DNA of 64,000 nucleotides from a virus. The position numbers and the translations under genes were made by a program. Where the stretch lies: positions 7,255-71,254 of IMG/VR virus record IMGVR_UViG_3300034356_001232. One strand, 5' to 3'. Shown here piece by piece: positions 28,201 through 35,325 of the stretch. Position 1 is the stretch's first letter. The number at the start of each line of letters is the position of its first letter. The notes below the pieces were generated by a model. That model was not told where the DNA came from, searched no databases, and saw only the letters and a list, made by a program, of their open reading frames with translations.

Positions 28201-31200
28201 GCAGCAGTAACAAACGACTCTAAAACTTACCTCTATCCTATCGGGGTACGAGTAGATGAAGCTGTCATAGTTTCTTTGCTTAACCAGAAAAATCCAGATG
28301 GTACTTACGCTTACACAGTGTATGATCCAATCCGTCGTATCGATGTTCCTGTTAAGGACGTTGTCTGTGGTTTTGAATTGGTACGTGGCAATCGTGTAGG
28401 CAATAAGTCAGTTATCGCAAAGGGTTTAATGTATGATGTTGGAACCTACGAGGATAACTCAGGAGACGGTCCAATCAAAAAATACTACTACTCAAACTAT
28501 CCTTACAATGATTTAAGGACAGATCCTTATTTGATGAATGACAATCGTTGGTATAATGAACCAATGAAGACTTTGTTGTTCGAAGATCCTACAACTGTAG
28601 GTGCCGTAGGAGGATTCTCTACTGTGCCTATCATAGGAAACAATAGATTTACTTTCTACTCGCCTGACACTTCTTTCCAGTATCCTAAGATTGGTACAGA
28701 GTTGAAAGTAGAAACCGTAGAGTTTGGTCGTGTGCTTGGACACTTTGTTCCTGTAGCCGAACATCCTCGTTATAGATTACTACAAGACTCTGCTTACTTT
28801 GATGCAGGTGCCGTAGCTGGTTTACTTTCTTTTGAGTATGAAGGTAAGTCAGGTGTGGATGCTACAGTTACCGGTGGAGTTAAATCTGAGGGAGGTATTA
28901 AGATTCGCTACGACCAATTACTCATCAATGAGCAATTGATTCTTGACATTCTTGAGAAGGTAATTCCTTTTGTAAATTTTGCTTACCAGTACAATTCTAT
29001 CGCTACTTATAACCAATACGTTGCTGTAGGTTCTACAACCCACAAAGGAAATACCCGTAGATACATTGACCTTGGCTACTATGCTAATGAAAGAATTGTT
29101 CAAGTATTTGACGATGCTCCATTGCATAACCGTCTGAGAGAAACTTCTGTTTACCTTAAGTTACGTGATTACATTCAAAACCTTGAGTCTCAGTTAATAG
29201 ATGACTCTCGTTACATCGGTAGTGATCACGGTGATGCTGTAGAGGTTTTGCATGATAAGAGATTTACTCGTGCCTACTACACTTCTATCAAGCGTCAGTT
29301 TCCTAACCAATACGGAATAGTAGACAATCTTAAGTATGTGTCTATCGGACAAACGAAAGATATTATCCTAAGAACAGACGGTACTGCAGAGCTAAGCTTT
29401 AATTACTACCCTGCATTCGGAGGTGATACTTTCATAACTCCTTTTGCTCTGAAGCGTAAGCATGCTTTCTTTACTCGTAACCTAGTTAACCTTCCTGCCA
29501 AACAAGATGGTATGCCTTTTGACTACTGGTTGTCTCCTAACATGGGATATCCTAAATACTTCTTAGGTACATCTAGTAATATTAATAACCTTACGGGAAT
29601 GGATATTGTGTTTGGAGTAGCGGGAGTAGTTGCAGGTATAGCTGCATCTGCACTAGGTTCATCTGCTGCCGGCATAGTTTTGGTAGCATCTAGTATTGTT
29701 GCTAACCAACTTACCATGTTTGGAATTAACTCTGTATGGTCTAAGTTCAGCAGTAAGACTGCATTGGACGGTGCATCTACTAGTTTTGCAAACCGTTACT
29801 TCAAGGATGGTAGATTCTACACAGCCTCTTATGGTATTCCTATTTTCTACGTAGAGTCTGATATTAATACTCACTTTAGATTTGGTAGAGACACAGACAA
29901 AGAAAACTTCTACCCTAACGTAGGTGGAGGAGTTCCTGACGAATGGTTGCAAGAGACTACGGTTCCTATTAGATTTGATAACTTCTATCACTACAACGGA
30001 ACTTATTCTGCTCAAAACTTGAGTCCTAACTTCCCTTACAGATTAAAGTATCCTAACCTTGAGTGTTTAGTAAATCACCAAAACCGTGTAATCTATTCAG
30101 ACCAAGCAAGTAAGTCTAATCTTCTTTCTGATAAGTGGTTGTCTTATAGACCAGGCAACTATTATGATTTCCCGAAACAAGGTGGTCGCTTAATTGACTT
30201 GAATGCTGGAGAGAGTGAAAAGGTTTATGCTCGCTTCGAGAATACCACTAAGGTTTACAATGCACGTATCGTGCTTAGTTCTACTTCTCCTTACCAGTTA
30301 GAGATTGGTAATGCGGATATGTTTAAACAGAAGCCTGTTGACTTATCTACTACGGATCTTGGTTACATTGGATCTCAACACAAAGCTTACGTGAGAACTG
30401 AGTACGGAACATTCTGGGTAGATGCCAAGCGTGGTCACGTATATCAAATCACCGGAGCAGGATTCAACGAAATTAAGTCTGAGCTTAACTTTAACTGGTT
30501 CAAAGAAAACCTACCATTCCAGATTCTTAAAGATTTCCCTGAAGCAGATACAGACGTACCTTCTTTGGGACTAGGAATTGTAATGGGATGGGACGAAAGA
30601 TTTGAAAGAGTATTTATTACTAAGTTGGATTACCGTGTTCTTCCTGCATACAGGACCGGCACAACAACCATAGAATACATTACAGACAGACTTGATATTA
30701 ACTACAGGTATTATGTCTTGAAGACTCCTACCGCAGTAACCAGAGTAAGACTCGGCAATCCTGTTTACTTTGAGAATAAATCTTGGACAGTAGCTTATGC
30801 TCCTAAACTTAAGAACTTTATCTCTTTCTACTCCTTCTTACCGAACTTCTTTATCTCGCAGTTAGGACACTTTCAAACTATTGTAAATACTCCTGCAGGT
30901 GCATCACTTTGGAATCATAACCTTAACCCATACATCTACCAAACTTACTACGGCAAGTTGTATCCGTACATTATTGAGTACGTGGTTAATAGTCTTCCTA
31001 TGCAATCAACAGTTACCTCTGTTACTATTCTTTCTGACATCCTAGAATACTATTCTAAATACGAGTACTATTCACTTGGAACAAGTAACAATACTAACTT
31101 AGCTAACTTTAACAAGGCTATCATCTACAACCGTGAGCAGTCTTCTGGATTAATTAATTTGATTCCTGAAACTTTTGGTAACACTAAGCAAAAAATAATG

Positions 31201-31518
31201 TATCCAAGAATGACCACTAGCGGTATTGAATCACTACTATCTCGTAGGGAAGGTAGATCTACCTTTAATGGTTTCTGGAACATAGCTGCTCAGGGAAATG
31301 GCCAGTCATTGTGGACTAATCAGTGGACAGACTTATCAGCAAATTATCCTATTGATAAGTTGCCAAACATGAAAGCCATCCGAAACGTAGGATTATCTTA
31401 TCAGAAGAATAAAATAAAATCTGACTTCACTAGGGTAAGATTAATTCAAGATAAGTACAATAGATATAAATTTGTGAATAACATTCAGATTAATCAAACA
31501 AATCAAACTGCCTTATAA
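25285..31518 (+). CDS. Tail stabilization / muzzle protein (P22 gp10-like) with Cys-rich insertion
   Basis: GLNLD...ALNA...TNEPGN N-terminus, YQRDEVYPFGI, IRHHKFP, FGGDTFI, SWTVAY...FISFYSFLP. Confidence 0.85.
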   Translation: MENKVNQNIIGLNLDSINWQVKENQITWALNANVQSHDGNSITYTNEPGNTECYTFDTGNLAGFVVVGFLNIVEQSKVVLFLSHPDGRSRIGSITSINDSCLDIEITEKDCGCKEGTIIQEATVVESLPEPVTTLVCPEGFTFNPDTLQCEQLSYTVINENGITYNAIESCVNGSPCGVVSTHGCLLPKVYASNWTTLTPPDYASIATELTQQFWIPNDTLPPDPIFNNSTYVKTIAVQADLDPTNVSCRTCHTIPTTSVIPSGWIGFAETVCITQTKEYFLAVSADDSLRVFIDGVIVLDIDANDPTKRLYNAAPPLGGDNGSTMWSRLNIFPITITSGSHVFRFEYKNTAGIGMFAYELYDMTLAELLSVSSEVNLRSKIVLSNGKQISSKPKRPISAGGEGAAFIELTNACPDGYELVVDENCAPICRAILETERIAVSGIATCCKYEDIIVDDCLDECPNSCVEYVLDYVADAVYSNPAITDPQASIPKYFRYIDCDGNPVTDSILTTSKRFTARRGTLELDSIYLAIVQESSVPDSTTGTFAKTNCCLNFDPAFPVNAEYRIDDCETKVYYISRNNPPRYFSTLYPYGKDSCGNNRSCIKESCEDSKLFPDFCIPETHITAVTSGGQLAAGMYSFAVAYADEGGIELTDYSDLTNGIPIFERAISEQTEYVTAKSINVQINHKTRIFEYFNLIVAENINTTTTYHLVGTFRVNQYTDQDSVIYTGDYKSTFSSIVPLIRSPHYETANIIEKQNDILMLADLEEYPKFNFQPFASRIKLLWETVEMPADGQFDYSNPEISYFFRTYQRDEVYPFGIKFRLKNGKYTDVFHIPGRLVTGNDLDVEYSATNKDVFVGETDCTIPTELPRWKVYNTAGIGSSVPLDPAQATDVEKQYSCAITVKHRGEFAYWESTETYPCYDEVWGQSKNPNAPYYDPEALGGKPIRHHKFPDSAVTHIHDNKIASGGQFSAAVTNDSKTYLYPIGVRVDEAVIVSLLNQKNPDGTYAYTVYDPIRRIDVPVKDVVCGFELVRGNRVGNKSVIAKGLMYDVGTYEDNSGDGPIKKYYYSNYPYNDLRTDPYLMNDNRWYNEPMKTLLFEDPTTVGAVGGFSTVPIIGNNRFTFYSPDTSFQYPKIGTELKVETVEFGRVLGHFVPVAEHPRYRLLQDSAYFDAGAVAGLLSFEYEGKSGVDATVTGGVKSEGGIKIRYDQLLINEQLILDILEKVIPFVNFAYQYNSIATYNQYVAVGSTTHKGNTRRYIDLGYYANERIVQVFDDAPLHNRLRETSVYLKLRDYIQNLESQLIDDSRYIGSDHGDAVEVLHDKRFTRAYYTSIKRQFPNQYGIVDNLKYVSIGQTKDIILRTDGTAELSFNYYPAFGGDTFITPFALKRKHAFFTRNLVNLPAKQDGMPFDYWLSPNMGYPKYFLGTSSNINNLTGMDIVFGVAGVVAGIAASALGSSAAGIVLVASSIVANQLTMFGINSVWSKFSSKTALDGASTSFANRYFKDGRFYTASYGIPIFYVESDINTHFRFGRDTDKENFYPNVGGGVPDEWLQETTVPIRFDNFYHYNGTYSAQNLSPNFPYRLKYPNLECLVNHQNRVIYSDQASKSNLLSDKWLSYRPGNYYDFPKQGGRLIDLNAGESEKVYARFENTTKVYNARIVLSSTSPYQLEIGNADMFKQKPVDLSTTDLGYIGSQHKAYVRTEYGTFWVDAKRGHVYQITGAGFNEIKSELNFNWFKENLPFQILKDFPEADTDVPSLGLGIVMGWDERFERVFITKLDYRVLPAYRTGTTTIEYITDRLDINYRYYVLKTPTAVTRVRLGNPVYFENKSWTVAYAPKLKNFISFYSFLPNFFISQLGHFQTIVNTPAGASLWNHNLNPYIYQTYYGKLYPYIIEYVVNSLPMQSTVTSVTILSDILEYYSKYEYYSLGTSNNTNLANFNKAIIYNREQSSGLINLIPETFGNTKQKIMYPRMTTSGIESLLSRREGRSTFNGFWNIAAQGNGQSLWTNQWTDLSANYPIDKLPNMKAIRNVGLSYQKNKIKSDFTRVRLIQDKYNRYKFVNNIQINQTNQTAL

Positions 31519-31526
31519 TAAGTACC

Positions 31527-31910
31527 ATGATAAAAGAAAAAGAAATTTTCACAACAGTTAGACCAGAACTAGTAATTGGTCAACTGTTTCAGTCTCGAGA
31601 TATGATGCACATAACTCACTTACAGACTCTTAATTTTGCTGAGCACAAAGCACTCGGTGATTACTACGGAAGTATTTTAGATTTAACTGACTCTCTGACA
31701 GAGACCTATTTTGGTACTATTGGGAAAAGATTAAACTTTAAGATTCCTCAGTCAGAGTACATGAATGCAACACAGCATTTGACTCAACTTAAAGACTATG
31801 TGTTTAAACACAGAAGTGTCTTTGGTGGAGAAAATACTCATCTTCAAAACATCATCGATGAGATTATTGCTCTAATCACTAAAACATTATACCTTTTAAC
31901 CCTTACATAA
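31527..31910 (+). CDS. Ferritin-like four-helix protein (DUF5856-like)
   Basis: H..HLQT..FAEHKAL..YY..I..LTD.L.E...LQNIIDEI...KTLYLLTL. Confidence 0.7.
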   Translation: MIKEKEIFTTVRPELVIGQLFQSRDMMHITHLQTLNFAEHKALGDYYGSILDLTDSLTETYFGTIGKRLNFKIPQSEYMNATQHLTQLKDYVFKHRSVFGGENTHLQNIIDEIIALITKTLYLLTLT

Positions 31911-31911
31911 A

Positions 31912-32823
31912 ATGAATCGTTTGCGAAAGTCTTACTCAACTTGCATGGAGTGCGGTGGTAAGAAAATGAAATCAGGAGGTAAGTGGATTCAGAAAGCAAT
32001 TCAGAATCCTGGTTCCTTCACCAAACAAGCACAATCTGCCGGTATGTCTGTTGCAGGTTTTAAAAACAAAGTTCTTGCTAACAAAGAAGACTATTCTTCT
32101 ACTACAGTAAAGAGAGCTAACCTAGCTAACACACTATCTAAAATGCGTAAGGGTCAAGGTGGTATGGACTTTAAAGATCCTATGGGACCTGACCGCATGA
32201 TGGGAGAGATGACACCTCAAATGCCTAAAGAAAGTCCAGTAGATCAGAATCTTATGATGGATCAGTTGGAACCTGCAGAGCGTATCCAGCCTCTAGATCC
32301 TAAGATGGCTCAAGCTAAGAGCATGGTTAGTGATCTTGAGAAACAAGCAGAGCGTGATAATGTTCGTGAGTACCAAAGAATGTTGAACCGTAAATACAAT
32401 GCCGGTTTGTCAGAAGATGGTGCTTGGGGTAAAAACACTCAAGCCGCTTACGAGAAATACATCTTGGCTAAGAAAGCAACTCCTGCAGCTAAGCCTGGAT
32501 TTACTGATGGTACAGAACAGAATCCTGTTAGAATGGGAGAGGTAAAGATTGTTGCTAAGAAGCCTATGGCTCCTGAAAGAGTTTTACCTGTTCGTCCTAT
32601 CCCTCAGAAACAACCTAGACTAAGCGATTTCATTACTCCTACTTATGTTCCTCCTATGGGTGGTCGTAATTTCCAGGACAATACTCGCTTGGCTACTCCC
32701 GTTAGACCTATTACTCCTACTAAGAAACCAGTAGTTAATCCTAAGCAAACTTACTTGAGTCAAACTCCTGTAGGTAGGGTAAGTCTTTCCTATGCAAATT
32801 CTCCTTTGTATAAAAAGAAATAA
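31912..32823 (+). CDS. Putative virion cargo protein with peptidoglycan-binding domain
   Basis: VREYQRMLN...LSEDGAWGKNTQAAY (PG_binding_1-like), N-terminal KWIQKAI..PG.F module, [MF]xxGG motifs. Confidence 0.7.
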   Translation: MNRLRKSYSTCMECGGKKMKSGGKWIQKAIQNPGSFTKQAQSAGMSVAGFKNKVLANKEDYSSTTVKRANLANTLSKMRKGQGGMDFKDPMGPDRMMGEMTPQMPKESPVDQNLMMDQLEPAERIQPLDPKMAQAKSMVSDLEKQAERDNVREYQRMLNRKYNAGLSEDGAWGKNTQAAYEKYILAKKATPAAKPGFTDGTEQNPVRMGEVKIVAKKPMAPERVLPVRPIPQKQPRLSDFITPTYVPPMGGRNFQDNTRLATPVRPITPTKKPVVNPKQTYLSQTPVGRVSLSYANSPLYKKK

Positions 32824-32831
32824 ACTTTAGA

Positions 32832-34574
32832 ATGCAAATCAAAGAGCTTTATAAAAAATTCTTGAAAGCCAAGGGTTCTAGTATTAACTACAGAAACCTT
32901 GCAGCTGGCAAAAAGATTGATGTCAGCAAGAAGGGTTTGTGGGACAAAAAGAAGAAACAAGTAATTGTTCCTTCCAACCGTATCACAATGAAAGGACCCA
33001 ACGGTGAACAAGATTTTTTTAAAAAGCCCGTAGTTGCCACTGGGTTGCAGTCAGGACAGCAAGTAATGATGCAACCTGGTGGTGAGTACTACTTCCCCAA
33101 TGATAAGGCCGTACACGAAGTACGTATGCAAAGTGGAGGAAGTGTTTTTTCTAGAAAAAAGATTGGCGTTCCTGACGAGGATCCACAGTTAGTTAGACCT
33201 CCTGACTTACCTACATTGCCTAGTGATGCTGGTACTGTTAATAAATGGCTTTACCAAAAAGCAGATAAAAGACAGAAAAAACTTCAATCTCAGTTTGATG
33301 CAGAAAGATCATTAGAGAAAGAAGCTAAGTACACAGGAAGTGGTGATTATGCTGATTTACTCACTGCTGAGTTCTATGGACCCAACAAAACGTTTGATGA
33401 TTTAAATGATGAGGACAGAAGTAAAATCTCTAACATTATTCAGAATCGCCAAAAGAATCTAGATACTATTAGTTTGGTATCCGCAGATTTAACTAATCAA
33501 AATATTAAGGCAGGTTACGATCCTAACTACCACAGGATGTATTTACCTCCTGTTCCTACAGAACGAGGCGTACATTCGCATGAGTTTTCTCACGTAGGAG
33601 ATCAAGCTGGTTTTCAGGATGGTGTTAATCCTGGAGTAGGTACATACTTTACAGAGCAACTCAATAAATCTGTTTACCCAAAAGAAAGTCCTGACTACTT
33701 GAATCAACCTTCTAGTCTTAAAAAGAACAAGACCATTGGGCAAAACGTAGAAGAGGGATACAGCGAGGCTGAATACCTGCAAGATCCTTCTGAGGTAAAG
33801 GCAAGACTCCGGGCTTTAAGAGATTCTTCTATTCAACAAGGGTACAAGTTACTTGAACCTGGTTATGACATTAATAAGTACAAGGAAGGATTTAACCAAG
33901 AGGAAAAGAAGCAGTACGAGCAACTTAAGAAGTCTGGTTTATCTGATGATAAGATAAATCAGATGATGTACTTGTTTGCTAAAAATAATCAAGCACAACC
34001 TGCAGTAGCAAAGAATGGTGCAGTAATGGTAGAACTTAATCCTAACACACTAGGATTCCAAGATGGTGGTTCAGTCCAAACAGACATTACTACTTCTATA
34101 AAACAAAAACCATCTCCAACACAAGATGCGTTTGATGCTATGCTAGCTAAGTATGAAGCTAGTAAAACAACTCCTGAAGAGGATGCTAGTGTTCCAGAAG
34201 ATATGGGATTCCAATCAGGAGGAGAGTTACCGGTAGTTATTGATTCTTTGTTCTCCAACTTTCGAAGTGGCATCGGTAGAAAATATGCTCAAAACGGAAT
34301 GGCTATTCCTGGTGTGAATGGTACTGTAGTAGCTAACACCAATGCTCCTGTTGCTGAGAAGTTTAAGAAAGCTATGGAAGAGGGAGGAGAGTTAGAGGAG
34401 GAAGAAGACGATGACGATAAAGAAATGGTAGACGGAGTAGCAAGTATTCTGCGCAGAGTAAAAGATAAAAACAATCGACAAGATTTGGCTAAGCAATTGG
34501 CTAAGCAGTTTGACCAAGAAGAGGTTAAATATAATCTAGCTGACTTCCTAAAGAAATCCAAAGTAAAGAAATGA
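32832..34574 (+). CDS. Putative cargo protein with internal zincin-like metallopeptidase
   Basis: HEFSH (33579-33593) and YLQDPSEVKARL. Multiple [MF]xxGG motifs. No Cys seen. Confidence 0.7.
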   Translation: MQIKELYKKFLKAKGSSINYRNLAAGKKIDVSKKGLWDKKKKQVIVPSNRITMKGPNGEQDFFKKPVVATGLQSGQQVMMQPGGEYYFPNDKAVHEVRMQSGGSVFSRKKIGVPDEDPQLVRPPDLPTLPSDAGTVNKWLYQKADKRQKKLQSQFDAERSLEKEAKYTGSGDYADLLTAEFYGPNKTFDDLNDEDRSKISNIIQNRQKNLDTISLVSADLTNQNIKAGYDPNYHRMYLPPVPTERGVHSHEFSHVGDQAGFQDGVNPGVGTYFTEQLNKSVYPKESPDYLNQPSSLKKNKTIGQNVEEGYSEAEYLQDPSEVKARLRALRDSSIQQGYKLLEPGYDINKYKEGFNQEEKKQYEQLKKSGLSDDKINQMMYLFAKNNQAQPAVAKNGAVMVELNPNTLGFQDGGSVQTDITTSIKQKPSPTQDAFDAMLAKYEASKTTPEEDASVPEDMGFQSGGELPVVIDSLFSNFRSGIGRKYAQNGMAIPGVNGTVVANTNAPVAEKFKKAMEEGGELEEEEDDDDKEMVDGVASILRRVKDKNNRQDLAKQLAKQFDQEEVKYNLADFLKKSKVKK

Positions 34575-35035
34575 AACAGATGATTAAACGTAAAGACGGT
34601 TCGTATTCTCAAAGAGGTCTTTGGGATAACATCCGTGCCAATAGAGGCAGTGGTAAAAAGCCTACTTCTGAGATGCTTAAACAAGAAAAAAAGATTAAAG
34701 CCAAGTCTATGGCTAGCGGAGGCAGTCTTTATAATAGCTATATGGCAAAAGGCGGAACAATACGCCACACAACCAAAGGTCCTGGCGCCAACTACCGTCC
34801 TACAAAGTCAGGTGCAGGTATGACTGCCAAAGGTGTTGCTGCATATCGTAGAGCCAACCCAGGTTCTAAATTACAGACAGCAGTAACAGGTAATGTTAAA
34901 CCCGGCAGTAAAGCTGCTGGTCGTAGAAAATCTTACTGTGCTCGTTCACTTGGGCAGTTACAGAGAGCTTCTCAAAAAACCAAGAATGATCCTAACTCAA
35001 GAATACGTCAAGCACGTAGACGTTGGAAATGCTAA
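34571..35035 (+). CDS. Highly basic protein (DUF6321-like C-terminus)
   Basis: GAGMTAKGVAAYRRANPGSKL.TAVTG...RRKSYCARS...SR..ARRRWKC. Confidence 0.7.
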   Translation: MKQMIKRKDGSYSQRGLWDNIRANRGSGKKPTSEMLKQEKKIKAKSMASGGSLYNSYMAKGGTIRHTTKGPGANYRPTKSGAGMTAKGVAAYRRANPGSKLQTAVTGNVKPGSKAAGRRKSYCARSLGQLQRASQKTKNDPNSRIRQARRRWKC

Positions 35036-35059
35036 CCACTAAACTAAACTAACTATAAA

Positions 35060-35221
35060 ATGGCAACCGCAGCAAAATCAACCAAATCAAAATCAACTTC
35101 AACCGCACTAAAGTTTAAAACTAGACCTAAAGTAAGAAGGAAGGGAGTTGTAGCAAAGACTAAAGCATCTAAGCTAAAGTCTAGTAAGAATTATCTAAAG
35201 AAAAGCAGAGGTCAGGGGTAA
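35060..35221 (+). CDS. Small very basic protein (53 aa, not in ORF track)
   Basis: MATAAKSTKSKSTSTALKFKTRPKVRRKGVVAKTKASKLKSSKNYLKKSRGQG*, with an A-rich leader and followed by a terminator. Confidence 0.65.
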   Translation: MATAAKSTKSKSTSTALKFKTRPKVRRKGVVAKTKASKLKSSKNYLKKSRGQG

Positions 35222-35242
35222 GCAATTACCCCTTGCTTTTTT
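35214..35242 (+). terminator. Intrinsic terminator
   Basis: AGGGGTAA-GCAA-TTACCCCT then GCTTTTTT. Confidence 0.7.
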
Positions 35243-35262
35243 ATGTTAATCTTGTATATTTG
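35232..35262 (+). promoter_or_regulatory. Promoter CTTG-N19-TATATTTG
   Basis: CTTG 35232-35235, TATATTTG 35255-35262. Confidence 0.75.
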
Positions 35263-35325
35263 TATTATAAGTATAACTTATTGAGTTATTAATATTTAAT
35301 ATTATAACTTTAAAAATTAAAATCA

